From positions 49,584,814 to 49,646,199 of the forward strand of contig JBOZIK010000001.1 in the NCBI GenBank assembly GCA_051453625.1: a DNA stretch of 61,386 bases. The letters are read 5' to 3'. Source of the DNA: Welwitschia mirabilis (taxonomy: Eukaryota). Made by a program: the position numbers and the translations under genes. How positions within the stretch are numbered: the stretch's first letter is position 1; each line of letters begins with the position of its first letter. Under the pieces are notes generated by a model, which did no database searches, was not told the DNA's origin, and worked only from the letters and a program-made list of their open reading frames with translations. Of this stretch, positions 12,914 to 26,776 are shown piece after piece.

Positions 12914-15900
12914 CTTGTATAAATGAAAGAACTTGTCTGTGATCACTAAAGAAACCTATGCAATCCATAAGGGTCTATGGACTGCTTAGCAGATCATATA
13001 ACAATTGCACATAAGTCACCTCGGTACCTCTGTTTTCCTGGTGACAGCATTCGTTATTTACATGGAAACGAAAGGAATTCCAATTCCTATATGAATAAAC
13101 ATATAATGAAATATTGAAATCGCATCCATTCTAAACAAGAGCAGGGACATGGAACATGGAAAGAGTGAAAATTACCAGTCCATTTCGCAATTTTGTCACA
13201 CGAATTTAAATCAGCAATTTTCTCATTGTATCCGTCAGGCAGTGCGGTAAAACTTTTCTGACTTAGCAGGCTTGCGGCAAGGGATACGAAAGAAATGTTT
13301 TCTTTTTTTAATGAAATACTGTCCCGACTCTCCTCGCTCCCGTTCAGATGTCTTCCATATATTCGAACTTAAATAGCCTCTCACAAAACTCAAATTTCAA
13401 AGTTACACTTCAGTCAATTTTAAAATTTATGTGAATATTGCATGTTAAGAAGACAAGAAGTTATTAAGACAATTAAAATTAAATAATAAGATTGTTTAAA
13501 TACATTTAACAATTTATCAGCTTGAGACACATGTCAACTAACGTTTACTAAATTATAAGTTTGAAAACTCTATCATTAAAATAGGAAGTCATGTGTGTAC
13601 GACATTTCTTAAGGAATTAAGATATTTAACTTCAAGTTATTTAAAGTTAAAAAAAGAGAAAGTAATTATTAGTGAGTTAGAAAGTCTCCTTGTGATAACA
13701 ATGGAAGTGGTTAATTATAATGATAATAATTTGGACATATTAGAAATGAAGAATGCATGAATGCTAAGCGAAAAAGGTGGCTTAAACATATCGAGATGTA
13801 AAATTATGCCTTAACATATATTGTTAGCATATGGCATCAATGAAAGCACGATCATCATTTTGATATTGTCATTTATGGCTCTAAATGACCGTATAAACTT
13901 TAATTAAAGGCTAAATATCTTTAACCCCTTTCTTGTTATTAAGTTCTCATAAGTTTAGAGGATCTTAATTATGACATAAAATTATTAATATTAAAGTAAC
14001 ACAAAGACAACACGCAATTAGAAAGTGAACACTTTTAAGGAGACCAAAGTGCCTAAAGAAAAATTCCATTCTAAAAGCTACTTTGATTAAAGTGTTTTGA
14101 GTGCACAATAGTTAATCAATCAATAATTTTCTTCTTATTTAATTAAGAGGATTTGATGTTGCTTAATTCAACCTACTGTCTAAACATATTATAAAATATC
14201 AAATTTGTGTTGTTTACCTTCATCTTATGCTTGAAGTTGTTTTTATGCATCATTTTATATTTTACCATTTATTAACCAAAGAATAAGTCTACCAACTCGT
14301 ATGTTTTATTTAGCACAAACATTCATACTTCGTCTTTCTAAGATGTTTTTGTTTTAAAAGCTTAATTCTCTTATTCAAAGTGGTTGATCCCTTTCTATAA
14401 ATAAGGTAGAGTTCTATAATTCCTTCATCGCCCTTTCCTACTTGATGAATTACATTTTACCTCAAGTGTCAATTTTGCCATCTTTATTTGTTATAATATC
14501 CTTCAAGAGCCAATAAGCTTCACGATGTCCTTGAATTCTAAGAATATGGTTTTGGTACTCTTAAATCCACCTTGAATAAAATGCTTCACAACAGTTGGAG
14601 TTCAGGAGGGGGAGGGGGCATATACAATGCAACGTGCGTATATGGGTAATGGTTGCTCAGGCACACGTATAAGTGATATTGGGCCCAATACGAGTGAACA
14701 AGGTAACTACATAGGGGTTTGAACCAACAATGCCCCTTGTAGATGGCCCCCCTGATTTTGGCCCTCGCATTTTGATTTGGCTAGCGAATCAGTTGTTCAC
14801 CACCAACATCCACCTTCATTATAAAGCACAACTAGGGTTGGGTTGGGTCAGGCCACTGCAATGGAAGACGCATTTTTGTCATTGGTTGGAGTCAAGGGTT
14901 CATTTTGCTCTTATAGGCCCCTCCTACTTTCTGTTATCTGTTCCTCGACTGGTTCCTAGGGGACGAATGTGCTTGTTTATGGCACCTCACCAGATAGAAG
15001 GCTTCTAGATACCTACCATTAGATATTGTCGTACTAAGCATGTTACAGTTAGGCACTCTATCACTACGATATATGTTCAACCAACTCGATAGTACAGCAG
15101 GGTATTCCGATTCCTCCAATATGTAGACAGAACTGGGCTCGAGTCAACCAACCACTATAGGAACCGCAACTCACAAAGGGTAGGCACCTGGAAGATCTTC
15201 CATACCCTACCATCCCATACCCTATGTATGCAAGATGGGGAATGGCTCTCAAGGAGTGTTACTTAGAGAGTTGTTCCAAACTCATAGCGAAACCACCAAG
15301 TCACCATTTATCTTTTAAATTTGAGTTCTCTAAATACTTTTATTCATTTAAAGAAGTATCGTGTATCACTTATCTTAGGTATCATACCTCATTTAAGGAA
15401 ATATCTTTTGACGTAGGCAATTATTAAATCTAAACAATTCCCACATGTCTACATCAATTATTGAAATGATTCAATAAAAGGATGACTAGCCCCCCAAATA
15501 CTAAAATCTATGTTTCACAATCATCTAATATGGCTATATTAGACTTCACTTATAGAGCTTCACTCTATAATGGAATGTAATGATCTCTTTGTTCGGCTAT
15601 TTAAAAATTATATCTTAAGAAGTTATTGGCTTGTTCTTTTAAGAGAGCAAAGCTTTATAACCCTTAGTATTCATTCCATTTACAACAAATAGACCAAAGT
15701 AAACACATGGATGAAGTTGTTATGTTGTTGCAACAAAATGAATGTATAACATTACGATTCAAAATACTTTAAAGAATCATATACATTTAGGATATCTTGT
15801 ACATAATTCATTTAAATATTTTCTTTTTGTTACTCCTTAGCAATTCATTCAGAGTTTGAGTTTAAGTAACTAATTTCTTATCCCAAAAATTCTTCTATAT

Positions 15901-16332
15901 AGGTATTGCTTACACTAGATTAATAAGCATATTATTTATTCTCTCTACAAAAACATTATGTGATAATGTTCCTAATATTATCATTTGCCACTTGATCATA
16001 TGCTTTCTTAGATATTTGATGAAATCTTTGAAAAAAATGTTCCTTTTCATTATCCAATGACATGTTAATTTACAATCATATTTTTTCTCCACGTGTCTTT
16101 TTAGACTCTTAATAGAATCCAAGATTTACAACTTATATTCAAAATATTTAATCCTTTCTTTATGTACACATGAATTAAAGCAAAAAAACAACAACTATCT
16201 TTCAAAGTTTCACTTGGCATAGATCTGGACATATCAAAGTACCACCAAATAATTAAATAGTGGCCTTATATAGAATGTAGACTTTACTCTTAACAGTTTT
16301 TACTTGTAGGTCCTAGAGTAGTTATTTATGCT

Positions 16333-19300
16333 TGATGCAAGGGCATATAAAAGCTCACACTCAAACAAAGATTTTTGGACTAGAATTCCAAAGAGAAAGG
16401 AAGTTCTAAAACAAAGTGCAAGGCCAACGAAAATAGAAACAAAATATGGGTAACATTTAGTTCTCTTTAATTCACAAGTCTCTTCTAATTAGTCTCTTAA
16501 AAATGACGTTATTTTATTTATTTCTAAAGTCTTTCCTAGTCATGGGATTTAATATAGATACCCATTTAGTACATCCTAAATCAACAACTAGACAAGAAAT
16601 TTGTTTTCTCTTCCCTATTATAAATTTAGTTCTCTACAATCTATTTTCTTAGTTGTATTTCCATTCTTATTACACTCTACACTAGATTGGTATTAAAGCC
16701 AAGACTGGAATTTTAAGATTGTTAAAAGGTGTCAAAGAAGAGTAAAAACACAATTTCATAAGGTGGTGTTATAGAGATTTCTAAGGAAGAACCATAAGAT
16801 ACAAATGTCGAAACTTAAAAATGGCAATTAAAAGGATCACTATAACTAGTTTGGGTAAAATAATAAGAACACAAGAACAAAAGAAGAAGGTTATGTTGGC
16901 CTTAATGGAGAAGACAATGGATAAAATGAACCTTAAAGAGATTCTAGAAATGTTTAGGAATCCAATAAACAATAGCAATAATTATGAAGACGAAAATGAT
17001 GATGAAGAAAAAAACAAAGATCCTATAAAACCAAGTCTTCATACTTTTTAAAGAACATAAGAAGGGATGATGGGAGTCTTTGAAAGAGTGGGTAGAAAAA
17101 TCATTGTGGAAGTATCATTTTATGATCAGAGTATGGATACTAAAATACTCTTAGATGTATAGGAAAGCATTTTGATAGGGACAATATGGAGGAAGTAGAT
17201 AGAGTTCCATTTGTAGAGGGAAAACTAAAAGGAATAATAACATTTAATGAAAAATAAAATAAGAAGATTGTATCCAATTTAAAATTAGAAAAATATGAAG
17301 AGAAAGATGAAGGTCAATTTTTGGGTTTTAACATATAAATTTACATGCACACTTTAAAGTAACAAGATAAGACTGTCAAAGATTATATGAAATCATTTCA
17401 TGAACGTGCTATTTATGCAAGCTAAATTGGAGTTATAGAAGAATAGATTGTAAGGTTCATTAAGGGGTTGAGATTATCCATCCAATAAGAAATAGTTATG
17501 TATAGTCTTGGGAATTTGGAAGAAGCATGTCTTTATGCTGTAAGAGTCAAAGAGAAATAGAAAAGACATCAAGAAATTAAAACAAGAAAAACATGGTAAG
17601 AAAGAGGTAGAGGTAAAGAAGAATCATTAAATTTATAATAATTATTATATATTAAAAAAAGAAAAAAAAAAGAAAGAAAGGAGATAACTCAAGAAGAATG
17701 TTCTTTCTTAAGGGGAAGAGGAACAAAATGAAGAAGTAAAGTTAGGGGAAACCTTTCCATTTGCTTCATTTATGAAGAAAGTAGAAATAAATCTGATGAT
17801 TATTCACACAAAGAAAAAGGCCCTTCTATAAATGTAATCTTTTGGCAAAATAAAGAGAATAAAACAACAAAAATACAAGAATAAAATATAAGAATAGAAT
17901 AGGGCAATAACTTATTAGTAAAAAGGATTTTAATTCAAGAGCAAAGGAAGTATAAAGCATTAACTCAAATGACCAAACTCTTTAAAACAAGATGTAGGTA
18001 CATATATAATGTCCGTAAAGTTATAACAAATAGTGAAGGTATTGATAATCTTGTTATCACAAAAATAGTGAAACAACTAAAGTTAGTAGTAAATCCACAT
18101 CTTAGATCATAAAAGGTGGCATGGCTTCAAACGGGTCATCATGCAATAGTTAAGGAATAATGTTTAGTATGCTTTAATGTGGATAACTACCATGATCAAG
18201 TCTTGTATGATGTAGTACTAATGAAGGCATACTATATTTTTCTTAGAATGCCTTAGTAATTTAATTTGTAGAGCAAGTGGGATGTAGTCCACAACATCTA
18301 TTCAATCACCAAAAATGATAAATGGTTTAGATAAGAACTATTAAAAGATAAAAAAGAGAACCACTTCTTAATCTTTTACTACCTAAATAGAAAGGAGTTT
18401 CTTTGTGCATTAAAATAAGAGAAGTGTGCATTAGTAGTGGTAATGAAATCAATATAAGAAAACACATGAGTTGTGCAACAAAAGATCCTAGAAGTTGAAG
18501 AATTGAAATAGCAATTTGCAGATATTTTGGTGGAAGAACTTCCTATGAGACTACCTTATAAGAAAATCATCAAACATCAAATGGTTCTCATTTCAAAAGA
18601 TACAGTTTCCAATAAAGCTTTCTATCAGATGATCTTAAAGGAGGAGGAGACACAAAGGTAGATTTAAGAACTTTTGGAAAAATAGCTCACTCATGAAAAC
18701 TTATCTCCATGTGTTGTAAATGTGGTTTTAACACTAAGAAAAGATAGATAAAATATGAGAAAATATGTGGATTCAAGATTCATTAATAAAATCATTGTTT
18801 TAGTTGTTCTTACTTCCAAGAATGGATGATTGTTTAAATAGCTTAACAGAGGCTTATTGACTTAGTAATATTAATATAAAGTGTGAATATTATCTAATTC
18901 ACATAAGAGAGGGATACGAGTAAAATACTAACTTCAAAAATACCTAATGGTATTTATAAATTCCTAGTTATGCCACTTGTATTAAAAATTTCTCTACCAA
19001 CTTTATGAGAATAGTAACAAATATACTAGATCCTTTTTCATGATACTTTAACTTGATGATATTTTGATATGTAGTAATAACAAAGGGAAAGAGTTGGATA
19101 ACTTAAAAATGGTGTCGATAAGACTAAGAGAAAAAACTCCTTTTGCAATTTTAAAAATTGATATTTTCATGGAGGAATAATTAGAGTGTATATAACCAAA
19201 ATTCCCAAGGAATCTGTGAAAATAGATCCAAGTAATCCATTAAAGAATGGCCTCTTCCATAAATAGAAAGGTAAGTTAAAAGCTTTCATGAATCAGAAAG

Positions 19301-22300
19301 CTTATATAAAAGATTTATTTAAGGCTTGTTGAGGATATGTGTTCCCATTTTATCCACTGTTAAGAAGAATAAAGTATTTCAATGGACAAAACTAGCAAAA
19401 GAAAACTTGCAGCTTTTAAAAGTGAAAATATGTTTCCAACCTATTCATACATTATTAGATTTCCAAAAAAATAAGAGAAGCATTTTGACAAGGACAATAT
19501 GAAGGAAGCAAATAGAGTTCCATTTGTGGAGGGAAAACTAAAAGGGATAATAATATTTAATGAAAAATAAAACAAGAAGATTGTATCTAATTTAAAATTG
19601 GAAAAACATGAAAAGAAAGATGAAGGGGAATATTTTGGTTCCAACGTATATGATTAATACAATGATAATGATGCACTCTTTAAAGCAACAAGATAAGACT
19701 ATCAAATATTATATGAAAGCATTTCATGAATGTGCTAATTATGTAAGTCAAATTAGAGTTATAGAAGGAAAAAAATGTAAGGTTCATGAAGGGGTTGAGA
19801 TTCTCCATCCAATAAGAAATGGTTATGTATAGTCTTAGAAATTTTCAAAAAGCATGTCTTTATGCTTCAAGAGTAGAAGAGAAATAGATAAGACATCAAG
19901 AAATTAAAATTAAAAAACATGATAAGAAAGAGGTAGAGCTAAAGAAGAACCACCAAAGTAAAAAAAAGAAAGGACATAACTCAAGAAGAATCTTCTTTCT
20001 TAAGGGCAAGAGGAACAAAAAAAAAAAAAAAAAGAAGTAAAGTTAGGGAAAACCCTCCCATTTGCTTCATTTATGAAGAAAGTAGAAATAAATCTTCTAA
20101 TTATTCACCCAAATAAAAAGGCCCTTCTAGAAATGTAATCTTTTAGCAAAATAAAAAGAATAAAACAACAAAAATATAAGAATTATATTGAGGGAAGTAA
20201 CTTATAGTAAAAAGAATTTTAATTCAAGAGCAAAGAAAGCAGAAAGCATCAACTCAATTAACCAAACTCTTTAAAACAAGATTTAGTTACAAAGATAAAG
20301 TCTGTAAAGTTATAACAAATAGTGAAATCATTAATAATCCTGTTTCAACAGACACGGTGGAACATCTAAAGTTAGTAGTAAATCCACATATTAAGCCCAT
20401 AAAAGGTGGCATGGCTTCAAATGGGTCATCATGCAAAAGTTAAGGAATAATGTTTAGTATGCTTTAATGTGGGTATTTATCATGATCAAGTCTTGTGTGA
20501 TGTTGTACTCATGAATGCATACTACATTTTTCTTAGAATGCCTTGGTAATTCAATGTGCAAAGCAAGTAGGATGCAGTCCAAAACACGTATTCAATTATC
20601 TAAAATGGTAAATGATTTAGATTAGAACTATTAAAATATAAAAAATAGAACCACTTCTTAAGATTTTGTTACCTAAATGGAAAGCAGTTTGTTTGTGCAT
20701 GAAAGCAAAAGGAGTATGCATTAGTAGTTGTAAAGAAATGAACATAAGAAAATACTTAAGTTGTTATCCTAGCAGTTGAAGAATTAAAATAGCAATTTAC
20801 AGATATTTTGGTGAAAGAACTTCCTGTGAGACTACCTTCTAAGAGAGTCATTGAATACCAAATGGTTCTCATTCTAAGAGATATAGTTCCCAATAATGCT
20901 TTCTATTAGGTAATACTAAAGGAGAAGACACAAAGGTAGATTTAAGAACTTTTAAAAAAAGAACTTACTCATGAAAACTTATCTCCATGTGCTATACATG
21001 TGGTTTTAACACTAAGAAAAGATAGATAAAAGATGAAAACATGTGTGGATTTAATATTTATTAATAAAATCATTGTTTTAGTAGTTATCAAATCTAAGAA
21101 TGCATGGTAGTTTAAATAGATTAGCAAAGGCTTATTGACTTAGTAAGATTAATATAAAATGGGAATATTATCTAATTCACATAAGAGAGGGATACGGATA
21201 AAATATTAACTTCAAAAATACCTAACGGTATTTATAAATGGCTAGTTATGTCATTTGTGTTAAAAACATTCTGTACCACCTTTATGAAAATGGTAACAAA
21301 TATAGTAAAACCTTTTCATGGAAAACTTACAGTAGTTTAACTTGATGATATTTTAATACATAGTAATAACAAAGGAAAAGAGTTGGAGAACTTAAAAATG
21401 GTGTCAATAAGATTAAGAGAAAAGAAACTTTTTGCAAATTTTAAAAATTAATATTCATGAAGGAAGAATTAGAGTATTTGTAACCAAAATTCCCAAGGAA
21501 TTTATGGAAATAAATCCAAGTGATCCATTACAGAATGGCCTATTCCATAAAATGCAATGTAAGTTAAAGCTTTCATGGATTGAAAATCCTATATAAAAGA
21601 TTTATTTAAGGCTTCTTAAGGATATGTGTTTCCATTTTACCCACCATTGAGAAGGATAATGTATGTTAGTGGACAAAACTAGCAAAATAAAACTTCCAAC
21701 TTTTAAAAGTAAACATATGTTTCCAACCTATTCATACATTATTAGAGTTCCATCTACAGAGGGAAAACTAAAAGGAATAATAACATTTAATGGAAAATAA
21801 AATAAGAAGATTGTATCCAATTTACAATTGATAAAACATGAAGAGAAAGATGAAGGAGAATTTTGCGTTCTAATGAATAAGATTAATACAATTAAAGTGA
21901 TTCACACTTTAAAGCAACAAGATAAGACTATCAAAGATTATGTGAAAGCATTTCATGAATGTGCTATTTATGCAAGCCAAATTAAAGTTATAGAAAAATA
22001 AATTGCAAGGTTCACTAAAGGCTTGAGATTCTCCATCCTATAAGAAATGGTTATGTATAGTCCTAGGAATTTGGAAGAAGCATGTCTTTATGTTTCAAGA
22101 GTCGAAGAGAAATAGAAAAGACATCAATAAATCAAAATGCGAAAAACATGATACAAAATAGGTAAAGAAGAACCACCAAATTAAAAAAACAAGAAAGAAG
22201 ATAACTTAAGAAGAATCTTCTTTCTTAAGGAGAAGAGGAGCAAAATGAAGAATTAAAGTTAGGGGAAACCTTCCCATTTGCTTTATTTATGAAGAAAGTA

Positions 22301-25300
22301 GAAATAAATCTTATGATTATTCATACAAATAAAAAGGCCCTTCTAGAATTGTAATCTTTTAGCAAAATAAAGAGAACAAAACAACAAAAATACAAGAATA
22401 AAATGTAAGAGTAGAAGAAGGCAATAACTTATTAGTAAAAAGGATTTTAATTCAAGAGCAAAGAAAGTAGAAAGCATCAACTCAAATGACCAAACTGTTT
22501 AAAACAAGATGTAAGTACAAAGATAACATCTATAAAGTTATAACAAATAGTGAAGGCATTAATAATCTTGTTATCACAAAAATAGTGGAACAATTAAAGT
22601 TAATAGTAAATCCACATCTTAGATTATAAGATGTGACATGATTTCAAACAGGTCATCATGAAATAGTTAAGGAATAAAGTTTAGGATGCTTTAATGTGGA
22701 TAACTATCATGATCAAGTCTTGTGTGATGTAGTACTTATGAATTCATACTACATTTTTCTTAGAATACCTTAGTAATTTAATGTGTAGAAAAAGTAGGAT
22801 GTAGTCCAAAACACCTTTTTAATCATAAAAAATGATAAATGGTTTAGATCCAAACTATTAAAAGATTAAAAAACAGAACCACTTCTTAAGCTTTTACTAC
22901 CTAAATAGAAATGAGTTTCTTTGTGCATCAAAGGAAGAGAAGCATTAGTAGTGGTAATGAAATCAACATAAGAAAACACAAAAGTTATGCAACAAGAGAT
23001 CCTAGAAGTTAAAGAATTGAAATAGTAATTTGAAAATATTTTGGTGGAAGAACTTGCTATGAGACTACCTTCTAAGAAAATCATCAAACACCAAATGGTT
23101 CTCATTTAAGAGATACAGTTCCCAATAAAGCTTTGTATCAAATGATACTAAAGGAGGAAGAGACACAAAAGTAGATCTAAGAACTTTTAGAAAAATAAAT
23201 CACTCATAAAAACTTATCTCCATGTGTTATACATGTGGTTTTAAAACTAAGAAAAGATAGATAAAAGATGAGAAAATGTTTGGATTCAAGATTCATTAAT
23301 AAAATCATTATTTTAGTAATTATTAATGCCAAGAATAGATGATAGCTTAAATATCTTAGCAGAGGCTTATTGACTTAGTAAGATTAATTTAAAATGTGAA
23401 TATTATCTAATTCCTGTAAGAGAGGAATACGAGTAAAATACTAACTTCAAAAATAACTAATGGTCTTTCTAAATGAGTAGTTATGCCATATGCCATTTGT
23501 ATTAAAAATGTCTCTACCATGTTTATGAGAATGGTAACAAATATATTAAAACCTTTCATGAAAAACTTATAGCACTCTAACTTGATGATATTTCAATACA
23601 TAGTAATAACAAAGGAAAAGAGTTAGAGAACTTAAAAATGGTGTTGCTAAGATCAAGATAAAATACTCTTTTTGCAAATTTTAAAAATCCATATTCATGG
23701 AGGAAGAATCAAAGTGTTTATAATCAAAATCCCCAAGGAATCTATGAAAATAGACCCAGGTCATCCATTAAAGAATGGCCTATTTGTCAAAATGCAAGCT
23801 AAGTTAGAAGCTTCCATGGATTGCAAAGCTTATATAAAAAATTTATTTAAGACTTGTTGAGGATATGTATTTCTATTTTACCCATCATAAAAAAGGATGA
23901 AGTATTTCAGTTAACAAAACTAGCAAAAGAAAACTTGCAACTTTTAAAAGTGACAATATGTTTTCAACCTATTTGTACATTATTATACTCCCAAAGAACA
24001 TTTGAGATGGTGTTTGATGCTAATGGGATAGCAATTGAAGGTGTGGTAAGTAAATAACAAAGGTCCCTTGAATTTATTTAATGAGAAGTTAAATGAAGTT
24101 AACGAAAAACAAGCTCTACACATGGAAAAAAATCAAAAAAGCTTTATGCCATAAGAATTAAGACATTAGACATTACTTTTTGAGTAAAGATATTATCTTT
24201 TTCACTAATCATGAAACTATTCAATATCTTAATAAAATAAATTGAATTCTAGGAAAGCCAAATAGGTGGAAAAATTACAATCATTCAATTTTTTCATCAA
24301 ATACAAGAAAGAATAAATAAATTAATTTGTAGATCCACTTAGAAGAAATAGATGTATGCTTAGTTGGAGTTAGACTCTGTTGAAGATTTATCTTAGTTCA
24401 AATATCATTACATAGAGTATGAAGATTTCAAAACTATTTGTGTTGATCTTTAAAGCCCAATGAAAAGTGCAAGTGATTCTCTCTTCTTTTATCATACCTA
24501 AAATAATCTATTATTTAAAGATGGAAAATTATGCATACTAAGAGGGTTTATGAGAAGAAATGCAACAATGACAAGCATTAACAAAATATGAAAAGTCACT
24601 TTAACATTGAAGAAACTTATGAATTGATGGAAAGATCATATTTTTGGCTTAGAATGTACAAATGTTATAATTGTAAAGCGGTATAATGTATGTAAAACAN
24701 NNNNNNNNNNNNNNNNNNNNNNNNNNNNNNNNNNNNNNNNNNNNNNNNNNNNNNNNNNNNNNNNNNNNNNNNNNNNNNNNNNNNNNNNNNNNNNNNNNNG
24801 TATAATGTATGTAAAACAAAGTAAAATAAGAAAATAATCAAGAAGGAATGTATTAGTCGTTATCTATTACGTTTAAACCCTCAGATAGTGTTGGCATGAG
24901 TTTCATACCTGGGCATCATAAAACCATGAAAGGGAATGACATCATCTGAATTATTATTCTAGATAGATTTTCCAAGATGTTAGATTTTATACTATGTGAT
25001 AATAATGGAGATGTTGTTTATGTAACTAGATTATTCTTTAAATAAGTGATAAGTCTTTATGAAGTACAAAATAGCATTATTTCTAACCATGATGTTAGAC
25101 TATGTCTCATTTTTGGAGAATTTTTTAAAAGCTTATGAAAATCAATCTTGTTTTTTTCTTCATCCTTTCATCCATAAATGGATAAAAAAACTATAGTAAA
25201 CAAAAGTGTGAGAAATATTTTGAGATGTTTATGTAAAGTATATCATAAGCACTGGGAAGTCAAAATTACTTAAGCAAAATTTGCTTTTACTAATTTAGTT

Positions 25301-26088
25301 TATAGAAGCATAAATAAAACACCATTTGAGATTATTTATAGATGAAACCCACTTACTCCAAATCTTATGGTAACAATTTTTAATCCTTAGAAGTAGTAAA
25401 TAAATTTTAGCCAAACATAACGGATTCGCATCAACAAGTGCCATAGAAGCTTCAGGAGAGCAACACTAAAGCAATGGAGTATGCTAGTAGAAGAGGAAGA
25501 TAAATCTCCTTTCAAGTTGATGATCTTGTTATAGTACATATAGGGGAAAAATATAAGTAAAGAAGTAATAAAACATATAATATAAAAATATTGAACCATT
25601 CCAAGTGAAGCACAAACTTTTTAATTACGCATATGTCCTTGACTTATCTATCCATTTAGAAATGTTATCCACTTTCGATGTTAAAGGATTTAACAAAGTT
25701 TCATGGTGATAGGAGCCAATAAGAAGTTATGTCATTAAACGATAAAATGGCATAATGGAAGCATTAAATGTCAAAAAAAGAAAACAAGACATGAACATTA
25801 TTAAAAAGCAAAAAAATCAATCTAAGAGGTGCATGTAATTTTGATGCTAGATGGGTCAAGAAAAAGAAATAGATGTAGACTTTACTAACTTCTTACAGAT
25901 ACAAGAATGCTTTTCATTTAAAGGGAATAACGTAGTGGCAAATGAAAAGTTAAAATCAAATGAAGAATTTCAAAGTATAGTTTCAAAGAGGATGTGGACT
26001 CCTAAATAACAACAAAAAGACAAATGAAAATAAGAATAAAATATGGGTAAAATTTATCTCTCTTTAATTCATAACTTTCTCCTAGTCT
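16333..26088 (+). mobile_element. Ty3/gypsy chromovirus, CRM-like, degenerate, with internal triplication and truncated 3' LTR
   Basis: 5' LTR from TGATGCA (16333) to ~16684, PBS TGGTATTAAAGCC at 16688-16700. Gag: LKQQDKTIKDY, ARFTKGLRF. CRM-type protease region: LFKTRC..K.CKVI...KVAWLQ.GH...YHDQVLCDVVLM..HIFLRMPW. RT with LDDILI. Integrase: ILDRFSKM, SHFWR, SSFHP at ~24.9-25.2 kb. PPT-like ttttcatttaaagggaa, then a 3' LTR from 25928 aligning to 16333-16490. Confidence 0.88.
17165..24005 (+). repeat. Three tandem ~2.3 kb copies of a gag-protease-RT segment of the CRM-like element
   Basis: agagttccat...gggaaaactaaaagg occurs at 17201, 19514 and 21744 (periods 2313 and 2230). Each copy ends in tgtttccaacctattcatacattatta or a variant (~19431, ~21718, ~23959). 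Only copy 3 continues into RNase H and integrase. Confidence 0.95.
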
Positions 26089-26776
26089 AATGATGCATAA
26101 AAACGTGTCATTTGTGAAATGTTTTATGGATCATGCATAAGAATGTTGCCTTCCCATATTGAAGTGATATAAGACTTTTAGTTGATTTTTCAAAATGATA
26201 TCATTCAAACACATTAGGTTACCTTTTAGTTTCTTATAAGTATGATGTAGTATCCCAAAAGATCTTTATTTTTCATCTATTTTTATTATACTAACATCAA
26301 AGCATTTTCTAATTAAAATGATAAAACAAAATATATTTTGCTTTAAATCTAGAATTCATGAAACATATCTTAAATGACAACCATTTAATCTCTTCCTTGG
26401 CCTCTTAAACTTTATAAAATGAATGTTATATTTTTCTTACAACTTAAAACATATGAATCTAGCTTTTGTAGAAGGTTAAATTCCCAGGCATGAATCTCTA
26501 GAGAATTAATGTCATTATACTTTAGTAAATTTGTATCTATCACTTTTAATATAACAAAGATTAATTTCAAAATCAACATTTTAAGCCAGTACATCATATC
26601 AAAGGGTTAAAATCTAACAAATTCAATGACATGAATTGACTTGATTAGCTTTGTAATTAAGACATATTAAATCTTTATTAGACATAATATGTCCATATTT
26701 AATATGATGTTAAACCATAATTCTAATGCTAAATTATCATAAATCATCCAAAGGAATATGCATTAAATATTATTTC

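Noticed and set aside
24681-24820. gtataatgtatgtaaaaca repeated on both sides of a 100-N gap
   Set aside because: The copies are identical and short, and the integrase reads on colinearly, so this is an unmerged contig overlap rather than a biological repeat.
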